In this document: piece after piece, positions 29,447 through 39,121 of the stretch
How the letters are laid out: each line of letters starts with the position of its first letter
Position numbering within the stretch: position 1 is the stretch's first letter
Origin: a virus
DNA length: 64,000 nucleotides
Strand: one strand, 5' to 3'
IMG/VR virus record: IMGVR_UViG_3300032294_002877
Span: 64,001-128,000 of that record
Notes under the pieces: generated by a model
What the model saw: only the letters and a program-made list of their open reading frames with translations
Told to the model about the DNA's origin: nothing
The model's database searches: none
Made by a program: the position numbers and the translations under genes

Positions 29447-29887
29447 ATGAATGACAACTCTGATAAAAATATTATAGTCTGGCAGAAATGGGTGGATCCT
29501 TTTGGGGAAGAGGAGTTGTCTGAATTGCTGTCCTCTACAGACCAGTCTAATGAAAACGATGAAGAAATAAGCCAAGATTATATAGACGAAGATAATGATA
29601 AACAAAAAAATATTATTAGTAGAAAAAACATAAAAGTCATTGCAACACCAATGGGTATAATTCCTATAACGGAGAATACAGCAAGCGGTAAAATTTTTAA
29701 TTTTTGGATAGGCCATACAAATTTCAGTATAACTAAAAAAATAGCATCTATAATAGAAGAAATCTCTGGAGTAGAATCATTAGATGTTTTTACTAGGTAT
29801 AGATTTAGAATTGGTGTTGGTAAAGCTTTTAGTGATTCATCCGTAATGAGAAATATCAATGAAGAAATCTACTCGTATCTGGAATAA
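29447..29887 (+). CDS. hypothetical protein
   Basis: ATG 29447 preferred; WQKWVDP and TRYRFRIGVGK motifs of unknown family. Confidence 0.6.
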   Translation: MNDNSDKNIIVWQKWVDPFGEEELSELLSSTDQSNENDEEISQDYIDEDNDKQKNIISRKNIKVIATPMGIIPITENTASGKIFNFWIGHTNFSITKKIASIIEEISGVESLDVFTRYRFRIGVGKAFSDSSVMRNINEEIYSYLE

Positions 29888-29889
29888 AC

Positions 29890-30570
29890 ATGACACCATC
29901 GATTAACAATAATGATTCAGATATATCCAATATTCATCTATATAATATAGATATAGAAAATAGAGAGATATACCTACACGCACCATTTGATAATATAGAA
30001 GAAAGTAATCTTGACTATAGATCTGCTGTTATTTTTGAAAAAAATCTTAGACATCTAAATCTATTATCTCTTGAACCGATATTAGTTCATATGCATATTC
30101 CCGGAGGAGATTGGCAAGACTGTTTAGGTATGTATGATGCTATTAAATTATCAAAAGCTAGTGTTATAATTATCGCATATGCCAGAGCAGAATCTTGTAG
30201 TAGCGTTTTATTACAGGCTGCTGATCTTAGAATTTTGATGCCAAATACTAATGTATTGATTCATTATGGGTCTTTTACTTTAGATGGCGAACACAGTAAA
30301 GCGGCAGCGAGCAGTATAGAATGGAACGAGAGAGAGTGCGACAAGATGGTGGATATCTTCACAGACAGGTGTATAAATAGTAGTATATATAAAGAAAAAA
30401 ACTGGAAGAGAATGATGGCAAAAAAACATATTACATCACAATTAGCTAATAAATGCGATTGGATTTTAACAGCTGATGAAGCTGTTCATTATGGTTTTGC
30501 TGATGGTATTCTTGGTAGCAAAAAATTTCCTAATATAGACTATTTAAAAACTTATATTAAAAGAAAATAA
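29890..30570 (+). CDS. clpP: ClpP-like serine protease
   Basis: PGGD, AES(C)SS catalytic Ser, LIHYG His, DWILTADEAVHYGFADGI Asp. Confidence 0.8.
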   Translation: MTPSINNNDSDISNIHLYNIDIENREIYLHAPFDNIEESNLDYRSAVIFEKNLRHLNLLSLEPILVHMHIPGGDWQDCLGMYDAIKLSKASVIIIAYARAESCSSVLLQAADLRILMPNTNVLIHYGSFTLDGEHSKAAASSIEWNERECDKMVDIFTDRCINSSIYKEKNWKRMMAKKHITSQLANKCDWILTADEAVHYGFADGILGSKKFPNIDYLKTYIKRK

Positions 30571-31229
30571 TGCGCATAGAATACGCCTGCTATGACTATA
30601 GCTTAATAGAAGAAGAAGTCAAAGACAATATAGAACAAGCTATAAAGATGGGCATTACAAATATAGCCCTATATCAATACAGCATTCCTTCCATAAAGTC
30701 TCTATTAGCTAATACAGAGAAACAAATATCGATATCTTGCCCAATCGATTACCCTTATGGTCTTTCTGATTTTAAAAGCCGTAATTTTATGGTTACCCAG
30801 GCGGCAAAACTGGATGTGTCTGTTATTGATTTAGTTATACCGGCCAAATGCGTGACCAATAGAAAATATGATAAAATTCGGGACGACATAAAAAGCAATT
30901 TAGAAATATGTCAAGAAAATAATATAGAGCTAAGATACATATTAGAGTATAGAGTATTTAATCATGAAATTTTAGCCAAAATATGTCAAATACTGAAAAC
31001 AATGGGTGTTAATAGCGTTATCCCGTCTACCGGTCAAATGATAGACGATATTAATGATAATATCATAGCGGCTAAATATTTAAATACCAAATCTGGTATA
31101 AGTACAATAATTAATGGGAATGTTTGGAATAAAACCCAGGCTGAAAATATCAAGCATTCTGGAGTTGAGTCAATAAGACTACACAAATTGTCAAGTATTG
31201 ATTTTTTTATCAAAAATAACAAATCCTAA
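30570..31229 (+). CDS. DeoC-like TIM-barrel protein lacking catalytic lysines
   Basis: IDYPYG, IDLVI, LRYILE, IPSTG align with DeoC motifs FPLG, EIDMV, KVIIE, KTSTG. Confidence 0.7.
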   Translation: MRIEYACYDYSLIEEEVKDNIEQAIKMGITNIALYQYSIPSIKSLLANTEKQISISCPIDYPYGLSDFKSRNFMVTQAAKLDVSVIDLVIPAKCVTNRKYDKIRDDIKSNLEICQENNIELRYILEYRVFNHEILAKICQILKTMGVNSVIPSTGQMIDDINDNIIAAKYLNTKSGISTIINGNVWNKTQAENIKHSGVESIRLHKLSSIDFFIKNNKS

Positions 31230-31236
31230 ACTATTT

Positions 31237-31252
31237 GGGGTATAAATATAGT
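31237..31252 (+). promoter_or_regulatory. putative phage late promoter
   Basis: GGGGTATAAATATAGT contains the T4-late-like TATAAATA; RBS AGGAGA and ATG 31288 follow. Confidence 0.5.
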
Positions 31253-31287
31253 GATTTCGCACACCCCTAATTTTGTAGGAGAAAACA

Positions 31288-31821
31288 ATGTCTATAGTAC
31301 AAGTCGATGGTTCCAGTGTTGTAGGTGGCTATTACGAAGGCGGATCCACAAAAAATAGTGGCGGTGTAGCAGTAAATGCTGGGCTATCTACCACTCTAGT
31401 TAACGAGCCAGTCAGCTCGCCCGATGTGGGAGTATTTGCTTCTGTTGTTGTTGACGGAACAGATACAGACGCCTCTCTGCTTGCTGGTGTTTTTGCTTAT
31501 AGTAACCAAAAACCAGTAGCAAAAAGAGTAACATCTTCATTAGCCACAATCAGCAACAAAGTATTAAGATCCGGCGCTGCTGTACCAAGTTTACAAACAG
31601 ATATTAATAAATTAGAATCTATTATCACCAATAAATTCTCAACATCTTTTAGAGCTGGTAATTTTAATTTATATACTGGCAAGTACAGTAGCGTGACTAC
31701 AGCAACAGATTCGTTTGGTAACGATACAGAGGCTCGCGTAACAAGAAGTGCTCCTGGTAGATTGGCATATCTCATTGGTAAATCCCCAGTAACTGTTGGT
31801 TACAAATCCAAAACAGGTTGA
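31288..31821 (+). CDS. hypothetical protein, possibly virion structural
   Basis: G/S/T/V-rich composition; strong RBS; own promoter and terminator. Confidence 0.6.
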   Translation: MSIVQVDGSSVVGGYYEGGSTKNSGGVAVNAGLSTTLVNEPVSSPDVGVFASVVVDGTDTDASLLAGVFAYSNQKPVAKRVTSSLATISNKVLRSGAAVPSLQTDINKLESIITNKFSTSFRAGNFNLYTGKYSSVTTATDSFGNDTEARVTRSAPGRLAYLIGKSPVTVGYKSKTG

Positions 31822-31849
31822 GTATTATACAAAAAACCAAAATACTAAG

Positions 31850-31881
31850 AGCCAATGATGCATAATGTATCGTTGGCTTTT
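31850..31881 (+). terminator. rho-independent terminator-like hairpin
   Basis: AGCCAATGATGC-ATAAT-GTATCGTTGGCT-TTT: 12-bp stem with 2 G.U pairs and a short T tail. Confidence 0.65.
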
Positions 31882-31909
31882 AGCATATATATATATGTAA
31901 GGAGAAATT

Positions 31910-32227
31910 ATGAACGAAACCATCATCCATTTCTGGGAAAATATTGCAACAACTAGCGTAGGCATAATTGTTACAATGTTAGGATTTTGGATTACTATTG
32001 GCAAAAATATGGCAACTAAAGCCGAAGTTCTTTCTATGATAGAGACTCAATCTCCATATGTTCATGATCGTCAATTTATTATGGAAAGACTCAATAGTGG
32101 AAAAGAAAGCCAAGCCGCTTTTGCAATGGCTTTGCAAAGAAATACAGAAGTAATGAATGAGCTAAAAATTCAAATAGCAACCCTTGGTAAAACATTAGAA
32201 GCGCTTGAAGATAGAATAGAAAGATAA
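31910..32227 (+). CDS. membrane protein with C-terminal coiled coil (holin-like architecture)
   Basis: N-terminal TM helix; heptad C-terminus; AAGGAG RBS. Confidence 0.55.
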   Translation: MNETIIHFWENIATTSVGIIVTMLGFWITIGKNMATKAEVLSMIETQSPYVHDRQFIMERLNSGKESQAAFAMALQRNTEVMNELKIQIATLGKTLEALEDRIER

Positions 32228-32276
32228 TATGGTGTATTTTCCTAATGAGCTTTAAACTACATATCGGAGCCATACA

Positions 32277-32498
32277 ATGCCAAGACCATTTACAGATATT
32301 GCCTTAATTAAAAACGATCAACCTATTAAAAATCAAACAACAGTTTGCACAACCTCAAATACTGGAGCATATCAAACCTACGACAGATATGTTAGAAACA
32401 CACCAGATATCACAGAAATATCAGCTAAATACGGATATAGATTCTATAATGGACTATTAGTTCGTTTAGCTGACGATCAAATAGTAGTAGGTGGTTGA
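32277..32498 (+). CDS. hypothetical protein
   Basis: 73-aa ORF preceded by GGTGTA motif at 32231. Confidence 0.55.
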   Translation: MPRPFTDIALIKNDQPIKNQTTVCTTSNTGAYQTYDRYVRNTPDITEISAKYGYRFYNGLLVRLADDQIVVGG

Positions 32499-32863
32499 CA
32501 ATGCCAATCAAACCCGGCTATAGAACCAGCGAATTCTGGTTTACACTAGTTAGCTTTATTTTTAGTGGGCTCTATTTAACTGGAGTACTAAACGACACAG
32601 CACAAAAGGATGAACTAATATCATCTGTTTCTCATGCTGTTGAAAGTGTTATTTTAATTAGTGGACAAGCTGCTATTCTGTATAGATATATTAAGGGAAG
32701 GAACGAAGTCAAAAAAATAGTTGAAACTGAGATATTAGAACAAGTTAAAGAGGAGACCAGCAATGACGATAACATCAAAAGAGTTAATACTCGAACAAGC
32801 CGAAAAAACAACGGCTCAAATAAAAGAGTCAGTAAAAAATCTAAAAAAAATAGCACTAAGTGA
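32495..32863 (+). CDS. two-TM membrane protein, holin-like
   Basis: KPGYRTSEFW followed by two hydrophobic segments and a basic tail. Confidence 0.55.
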   Translation: MTMPIKPGYRTSEFWFTLVSFIFSGLYLTGVLNDTAQKDELISSVSHAVESVILISGQAAILYRYIKGRNEVKKIVETEILEQVKEETSNDDNIKRVNTRTSRKNNGSNKRVSKKSKKNSTK

Positions 32864-33152
32864 AGCTTGGAAAATTTTACAGCTTGTAGTAGCTGGTGTT
32901 GTACAAGTAATAGAAGCTATAGCTACTGATTTAGATGGTAAAGATAAAAAAGCTATCGCTCTAGAATTTATAGAAAGATTTTATGATACTACGTTCATTA
33001 TGGTTGATATTCCCTTTGTTCCTAGTATCGTTGAACCTATTATACATAGGTATATTAAAAGTATTCTGATGGTTATGGTTTCATCCTCAATAGATGCTAC
33101 CGTAACAATTTTCAGACAAACTGGGGTTTTTCTCAAGAAAGGTACGGTATAA
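32763..33152 (+). CDS. hypothetical protein
   Basis: 129 aa; G.DKK.IA motif; hydrophobic segments. Confidence 0.55.
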   Translation: MTITSKELILEQAEKTTAQIKESVKNLKKIALSEAWKILQLVVAGVVQVIEAIATDLDGKDKKAIALEFIERFYDTTFIMVDIPFVPSIVEPIIHRYIKSILMVMVSSSIDATVTIFRQTGVFLKKGTV

Positions 33153-33156
33153 GAAT

Positions 33157-33513
33157 ATGTTAGACTATGCACAAAAATTTGAGGATTTTGCAGGAGCTGT
33201 CAGGCCAATGGATTTGGCGCTATATGCTGGTGTTGGTTTAATTCTATTTGTTTTATTTAAGGATAAACTATCACCAGTTCAGACGATGATATTACAGGTT
33301 ATCAATAAAGCAAAGGCTCTTCTTGGCGGTGTTGTACCAAAAACATCTGCTGCTGTTAAGGCCAATGATGATGTGTTTTTTCAATTAGTAACATCGTGGA
33401 AGCAAACACGAGACTTAGCTGAAAAAAGCGGTTGTGTAGAAGCAGTTAAAGTTGCTGATCAAATGTTTCCTTTATTAAGTCCAAATACGTGCGGAAAGGT
33501 ATCAAATGAATAA
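33157..33513 (+). CDS. membrane protein
   Basis: TM segment LALYAGVGLILFVLF. Confidence 0.6.
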   Translation: MLDYAQKFEDFAGAVRPMDLALYAGVGLILFVLFKDKLSPVQTMILQVINKAKALLGGVVPKTSAAVKANDDVFFQLVTSWKQTRDLAEKSGCVEAVKVADQMFPLLSPNTCGKVSNE

Positions 33514-34006
33514 TAAAAAATCTTTATTATTAGTTCTAGGACTTGTTCTTGTTGGTGTTGGATTTTTTGGTTCTAGAATGGAACGACCAGTAATTAATAA
33601 ACCGAATGTGGTAGATACTATTGTTGTCATTACTCCACCAGCAGATAAAGCGCTACTGGAAGCCTGCTCAGGAGTAGTAGAAGCTCTCAAACAAGGAGAT
33701 GCTTCAAGGGTTGCTGACGGACGAAGATTATCTTCTTTATACATGGATCTTGCCACTCTTGTCGAATTAGATAGAGATCAGGAAGTTATTAAAAATACAG
33801 AAGAAATTCGTCAAGCTAATAGTCTTAGTGGAGTTATGTTAAAAATGAATATCAAAGATAAATATTCAGGATTAGCAGAAGCTGCCAATAATGTTATGGT
33901 TACTGGGATTGGAGATGATGCTGTTCCTTTAGATGAAACGCTAAGAGCAAAGGCTGCTGAAACTTTTAGAGCATTAGCATGGGCTTGTAATGAAGGAGCC
34001 AAATAA
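33506..34006 (+). CDS. secreted/membrane-anchored helical protein
   Basis: Signal/TM N-terminus; two Cys. Confidence 0.6.
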   Translation: MNNKKSLLLVLGLVLVGVGFFGSRMERPVINKPNVVDTIVVITPPADKALLEACSGVVEALKQGDASRVADGRRLSSLYMDLATLVELDRDQEVIKNTEEIRQANSLSGVMLKMNIKDKYSGLAEAANNVMVTGIGDDAVPLDETLRAKAAETFRALAWACNEGAK

Positions 34007-34932
34007 TGGCAAGATTATCTCCAGATGACTTATATAACGAATATAAAAAAGGACTACAAGGATGTCTTTGGGAGCAACACGTATTTGACGAATTATTAGA
34101 AAGCAGCAAATACGCTTACTTTGCTGATGGGGCACAAAAAATAAAAAACAGCGGCAAAGGGAAATTAAGTACTCCATACAAAAGCGTATTAAAATTTGAT
34201 AAGAATCCATATAATGAGAGACAAACTACCGGAGACTGTGTTAGTCATTCTACAAGAAACGCGGTGGATGTAAGCAGAGCGGTAGAAATTGATATCAATA
34301 GAGATAAAGAATCCTGGATAGCAAGAGGCGCAACAGAGGCTATTTATGGTGCCAGGGGTCATGGTGGACAAGGAATGAGTTGTTCAAGAGCTGCTACCTT
34401 TGTTAGTCAAAGTGGTGGTGTTCTTGTTAGAAAAGTATATAAAGGTATTGCTGATTTTACCAAATACAATGGTTCTCTAGGTGCCGGCTGGGGCAGCAGA
34501 GGATTACCTGATCCTGTAATAGATATAGCTAATGATCATCAAATACGAACAGTTAGTCTTGTTAGAACAGTAGAAGAAGCCAGAGATGCTTTAGCTAATG
34601 GTTATGGAATATCGGTATGTTCTAATTATGGTTTTAGTAATAAACGAGATAGCAAGGGATTTGCAAGAGTAAGCGGTAATTGGGCGCATGCGATGGCTTG
34701 GATAGCGTGTGATGATACTGGTGATGAACCAGCATTTTTGGTGCAAAATAGTTGGGGTAAATGGAATGATGGAGGCCATCCCGAATGGGGTCCTATTCCA
34801 GATGGCAGCTTTTTGATCAAAGCAGAAGTTGCTGCTGGCATGCTATCCGGAAATGGTTCGTATGCTTTTAGCAATTTTGACGGTTTTCCTGTACAAAAAC
34901 TTCCAGACTATGGGTTTAAAAAATACCTATGA
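34006..34932 (+). CDS. papain-like cysteine peptidase (C1-like)
   Basis: Q.TGDCVSH (Gln/Cys), WAHAMAW (His), QNSWG (Asn). Confidence 0.85.
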   Translation: MARLSPDDLYNEYKKGLQGCLWEQHVFDELLESSKYAYFADGAQKIKNSGKGKLSTPYKSVLKFDKNPYNERQTTGDCVSHSTRNAVDVSRAVEIDINRDKESWIARGATEAIYGARGHGGQGMSCSRAATFVSQSGGVLVRKVYKGIADFTKYNGSLGAGWGSRGLPDPVIDIANDHQIRTVSLVRTVEEARDALANGYGISVCSNYGFSNKRDSKGFARVSGNWAHAMAWIACDDTGDEPAFLVQNSWGKWNDGGHPEWGPIPDGSFLIKAEVAAGMLSGNGSYAFSNFDGFPVQKLPDYGFKKYL

Positions 34933-35081
34933 AACTAATAGATAAAATAGCGCTTAACAGATTGCTCAGTATTATTAGTTCTTTTATACTAAGTTTAGTC
35001 AAGATTTTTGCGAATCGGCCTGATACGCAACCAAAACCTAAACGTAAAAGAATATTACCGTGGAGATCAGATCATGAATAA
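34929..35081 (+). CDS. small hypothetical protein (50 aa, not in the ORF track)
   Basis: MKLIDKIALNRLLSIISSFILSLVKIF...; ATGA overlap with the upstream gene; overlaps the next start. Confidence 0.5.
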   Translation: MKLIDKIALNRLLSIISSFILSLVKIFANRPDTQPKPKRKRILPWRSDHE

Positions 35082-35388
35082 ATTATTATGTTTATGTTTA
35101 TTCGGGGCTGTACTATTAAACAGCACTAGTCAGTCGTATACCGGATCCACCACAGCCTCCGTGGTACTGTCGGGTGGTATAGTAGCGGCCCAACACGTTA
35201 ATAATGAAAAGAAATATAAAAGAAAAGATTGTCCTGTATGCAAAGGTAAAGGGTGGTATATTAGTGGTGATAATATCACAAAAGTGCCTTGCGGATATTG
35301 TGAACCCGATAAACAGCAACCACAAACAGCAACAGCGGATCCAAATTGCACAGATGATAAATGTAAAACTATAATTATTAGGAGATGA
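35074..35388 (+). CDS. secreted protein with DnaJ-type Zn finger
   Basis: Signal peptide from ATG 35074; CPVCKGKG...CGYC. Confidence 0.6.
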   Translation: MNKLLCLCLFGAVLLNSTSQSYTGSTTASVVLSGGIVAAQHVNNEKKYKRKDCPVCKGKGWYISGDNITKVPCGYCEPDKQQPQTATADPNCTDDKCKTIIIRR

Positions 35389-36257
35389 TCATGAAATACG
35401 GTTTATGGATAATAGTATTTTTCTTCTGCATGTTCTCATCGAAAGGCATGGCTGCCGAAGTTAGTGAATATCTCCAAGATATTAGTGTTACGATTAAAAC
35501 AACTAAAGGAGAAGGTAGTGGTGTTGTTTTTACGAGAGAAATCAAGACAGAAGATGGGAATAAAAAAATTAATTTTGTTTGGACGGCTGCTCATGTCTTG
35601 GAGAGTATACGTAATGTTAAAACCGTATTAGATACCGATGGTCATCTAAAAAAAGTAGTAGAATTTCAAGATGCAGAAGTTATAAAAAAGTTAGTTGAAA
35701 ATGGTAGAACGGTTGGTCAATTGGCTATGGATGCTAAAGTTATCAAATATAGCGATGCTAAAGACGGAGAAGATCTAGCTTTACTAATGATTCGTAAGTT
35801 TGACTTTATACAATCATCAGCCAAATTTTTAGAAGACAAAGATAACAAAGGAGTAGCATTAGGAACACAATTATACCATGTAGGATCATTACTCGGATCA
35901 GAAGGAAGTAATAGCATGACTACAGGCATAATGAGCCAAGTTGGCCGAACAATAAGTTTAAATGGAGGAGCAAAGGTATTATTTGATCAAACCACTGTCA
36001 CAGCATTTCCTGGGAGTAGTGGAGGTGGTGTATTTCTAACCAGCGGAGAATATGTTGGTATGCTGGTTCGTGGTGCTGGAGAGACCTTTAATCTGATTGT
36101 TCCCATGAGAAGAATCAGCAAATGGTCTAAAGCAGAAAAAATTGATTGGGCATTAAACCAATCAGTAGATGCTCCAACACTAGAAGAAATTGAAAAATTA
36201 CCGGTAGAAAAGTTAGGCAAGATAGAAACTCCATCAACAGGTTTAATCATCCCATGA
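35385..36257 (+). CDS. trypsin-like serine protease (S1/HtrA-like), secreted
   Basis: Signal peptide; WTAAHV, EDLALL, PGSSGGG. Confidence 0.88.
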   Translation: MIMKYGLWIIVFFFCMFSSKGMAAEVSEYLQDISVTIKTTKGEGSGVVFTREIKTEDGNKKINFVWTAAHVLESIRNVKTVLDTDGHLKKVVEFQDAEVIKKLVENGRTVGQLAMDAKVIKYSDAKDGEDLALLMIRKFDFIQSSAKFLEDKDNKGVALGTQLYHVGSLLGSEGSNSMTTGIMSQVGRTISLNGGAKVLFDQTTVTAFPGSSGGGVFLTSGEYVGMLVRGAGETFNLIVPMRRISKWSKAEKIDWALNQSVDAPTLEEIEKLPVEKLGKIETPSTGLIIP

Positions 36258-36658
36258 GCATAAAAAAAGAAGGTAGCGAAAAATTAAAATCTATAGCTCA
36301 AAAAGTTATTAATAATGCTGGTCTTCAAGAAGATAGTAATTTTGGTAGTGTTATAATAATATTAACAATTATTAGTATAATACTAACAGCAATAAGAGTT
36401 CTACAAGAATGTAATAAAAATAAACTTATTGGAGCATCCAGCGAACAGAAATGTGAATTATACGGATCTCAGATAAAAGAATTTAGTTCTCGTAGAGGAT
36501 GGTTTACCAGAATGAGAATCAAAAAGATTATCAGAAGAGAACTTAAAAAAGAAGATTATGAGAAATATGGTTTAAAATTAACAGAAGCTATTCTGAATAT
36601 AGGAGAAACTCTCAAGGATGATGAAATTAAAACTTTAGTGGAGGCAGCAAATGTTTAA
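36254..36658 (+). CDS. membrane protein
   Basis: TM segment VIIILTIISIILTAI. Confidence 0.6.
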   Translation: MSIKKEGSEKLKSIAQKVINNAGLQEDSNFGSVIIILTIISIILTAIRVLQECNKNKLIGASSEQKCELYGSQIKEFSSRRGWFTRMRIKKIIRRELKKEDYEKYGLKLTEAILNIGETLKDDEIKTLVEAANV

Positions 36659-36899
36659 TATTTTAGTATGGTGTGTTTATGGATTATTTGTTGGATCAAT
36701 AGCCAAAAGCATAGTACCGGGTGAAGAAAACTTCAATTTTGTAAAAACCGTAGCGTTAGGTGTGGCTGGCTCATATATGGGAGGTGCCATATTATATCTA
36801 TTAGGGCAGTATGATGGTCTCAGTCCCGCCGGTATACTAATGGGCATAGCAGGTGCTGTGATCAGCCTTGTACTCTATAATAAACTTACAGAAAAATAA
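36651..36899 (+). CDS. GlsB/YeaQ/YmgE-family (transglycosylase-associated) membrane protein
   Basis: W...GL.VG.IAK.I.PG......T..LGVAGS..GG....G.GA...L.LY. Confidence 0.8.
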   Translation: MFNILVWCVYGLFVGSIAKSIVPGEENFNFVKTVALGVAGSYMGGAILYLLGQYDGLSPAGILMGIAGAVISLVLYNKLTEK

Positions 36900-37806
36900 A
36901 ATAGCAGTATGTTTATATCTATATCATACTGACTTATGGCAAGAGTTTAAACGTCTACTGTTCCCTATTAGGGACGATATAACTTTATATTTGGCCTTAT
37001 CTAAAGAGCACCAATTTCCTGAATTGGAGACTAATGAATTTAGTTGTAAAATCAGCTATCACGATAATTATGGTGCGGATGTAGCGCCATTTTTACATCA
37101 ATTATCTGTTATTGATGAACCATATTTTGTTAAATTGCATTCTAAGAAAAGCTTTTGGGGGTTTAAATTCCATATAAATTGGAGGCATCTAATATTAAAC
37201 GATCTATTGGGATCTATAGAAATTTTTCAATCCAATATAGAATCGCTTAATAGCCCTAGAATAGGAGCAATATGCGGTAAGCCATTACTCATGAAAAACA
37301 GAGAATTGAAAAATAGAGAGAAAATTAAAGAACTATGTAGTCTGATCAATATGGATTATAATATTGTTAAGAATTCCTATTTTATGGCCGGAAATATGTT
37401 TATTGGAAAAACTGATTTGTATAGACAGACATTTATTTCTTATATGGCGCAGTTGGACGAGATATTGCAGCAAGAGCAGGGTAAGATCAGTGATACTTTT
37501 TATGGAACATATACCCATTCAATCGAAAGATTATTCGGATATATCATAGAATATAATAAATTAAATTTTGCTAATCCCAAACATAAATACATTAAAATTT
37601 TAAATACAAAAGCACCAAATAAAAAATATTTTCATATGATTACAACGTTCGATAACCACTGTTATTTACTTGAAGACGCTAATGTTTATGGTAAGATTAT
37701 TGACATAAATAGCGATACCTCCTTGATTGAATGGACCCATATGAATACTATAGTAGGTCAACGGTATAAAATAATTTCTCCAGAATATATAACCAAAATA
37801 CAATGA
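36868..37806 (+). CDS. rhamnan synthesis protein F (RgpF)-like
   Basis: KIAVCLYLYH.DLW, N.GADV.PF, KLHSKKS, WR......LG, F.AG.MF, H.IERLFG. Start codon uncertain. Confidence 0.75.
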   Translation: MYSIINLQKNKIAVCLYLYHTDLWQEFKRLLFPIRDDITLYLALSKEHQFPELETNEFSCKISYHDNYGADVAPFLHQLSVIDEPYFVKLHSKKSFWGFKFHINWRHLILNDLLGSIEIFQSNIESLNSPRIGAICGKPLLMKNRELKNREKIKELCSLINMDYNIVKNSYFMAGNMFIGKTDLYRQTFISYMAQLDEILQQEQGKISDTFYGTYTHSIERLFGYIIEYNKLNFANPKHKYIKILNTKAPNKKYFHMITTFDNHCYLLEDANVYGKIIDINSDTSLIEWTHMNTIVGQRYKIISPEYITKIQ

Positions 37807-38786
37807 AAAAAATACTTGTAACAGGCGCTGCCGGATTTCTAGGATCCCATCTAATAGAAGAAATCCTTATCAATACAGATTGGGAAATCATTGCTTTATG
37901 TAGACTAACATTTGTTGGAGACCTAACCAGAATAGTTAATAGTTTGCATGTTAATCAACATAAAGATAGAATTAAATTGGTATATCATGATTTACGCTTT
38001 GAGATTCCTCCTCATACCAAAGAAGAGATCGGAGAGGTTGATTATATCGCACATGTGGCAGCAAATAGCCATGTTGACAGATCAATACAATATCCAAAGC
38101 AGTTTTTTGAAGATAATGTTATGGGAACAGTTAATTTATTAGAATGGTACAGATCCTGCTCTCCAAAAGCATTATTTATAAACTATCTTACAGATGAAGT
38201 TTTTGGACCGGCGCCAGAAAACTACGACTTTAAGGAAGACGATAGATGGAGACCAAGTAATCCGTACAGCGCAAGCAAGTGTGGTCAAGGAGCTGCTGGT
38301 ATAAGTTATTATAATACCTATCGTTTACCCATAATAACAACATATACGATGAATCTCTTTGGAGAAAGACAACATCCAGAAAAATTAGTAGCAAAAAGCA
38401 TATCTAATATTTTACATAATAAGGTTATCAAGATACATGCAAAACTAGATGAGTCTGGGAACGTTGAATATGTTGGACAAAGACACTGGCTACACGCCAG
38501 AAATGCTGCTAGCGCTACACTATTCCTATTCAATTATGGAAAACCAGGCGAACACTATAATGTTGTTGGAGACGTAGAATTACACAACGACGATCTGGTT
38601 AAAAAAATAGCATCATTGATGAACAAAGAAGCCAGAATAGAGTATGTTGATTTTAGTCACGCTAGACCAGGACACGATAGGAGATATAGTTTAGATGGCT
38701 CCAGACTGAAAGACATGGGATGGAAACCTCCTGTAGATTTTAATACGTCTCTTCAACGAACCATTAATTGGATAGTAAGTCAATAA
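37803..38786 (+). CDS. rmlB: dTDP-glucose 4,6-dehydratase
   Basis: VTGAAGFLG, AANSHVDRSI, TDEVFG, PSNPYSASK, RPGHDRRY. Confidence 0.88.
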   Translation: MKKILVTGAAGFLGSHLIEEILINTDWEIIALCRLTFVGDLTRIVNSLHVNQHKDRIKLVYHDLRFEIPPHTKEEIGEVDYIAHVAANSHVDRSIQYPKQFFEDNVMGTVNLLEWYRSCSPKALFINYLTDEVFGPAPENYDFKEDDRWRPSNPYSASKCGQGAAGISYYNTYRLPIITTYTMNLFGERQHPEKLVAKSISNILHNKVIKIHAKLDESGNVEYVGQRHWLHARNAASATLFLFNYGKPGEHYNVVGDVELHNDDLVKKIASLMNKEARIEYVDFSHARPGHDRRYSLDGSRLKDMGWKPPVDFNTSLQRTINWIVSQ

Positions 38787-38788
38787 AT

Positions 38789-39121
38789 ATGAATAATCAG
38801 AATAAAAAATTAAAGCCATGGGAAATTATTGCTTTACAGGGAATGGAGCTAGCATTTGATAGTAAAGGCTCTGTACTTAAGGACTTGAGTAATGACAATA
38901 AACAAAAGGCTATAGAATTGTTATATCGTAGTATAGAGTTAAAAGCGGACTTGTGTTGGCCATATATTAAACTTGCGGATCTAATAGATAACCATAAAGA
39001 AAAAATAAAACTATATTTTAAAGCCTATCTGATTGAAGATAATATCTTTTCTATTAAGTTTCTATTTAAGCAAATACTACAAGATCATCCGCATATTCTA
39101 GATAACTATCTATTATCATGA
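38789..39121 (+). CDS. TPR-like helical protein
   Basis: KAIELLYRSIELKAD..WPYIKLA. Confidence 0.5.
   Translation: MNNQNKKLKPWEIIALQGMELAFDSKGSVLKDLSNDNKQKAIELLYRSIELKADLCWPYIKLADLIDNHKEKIKLYFKAYLIEDNIFSIKFLFKQILQDHPHILDNYLLS

Noticed and set aside
31884-31897. (AT)n run upstream of gene 31910
   Set aside because: Short, and expected in an AT-rich intergenic region; possibly part of a promoter but not independently supportable
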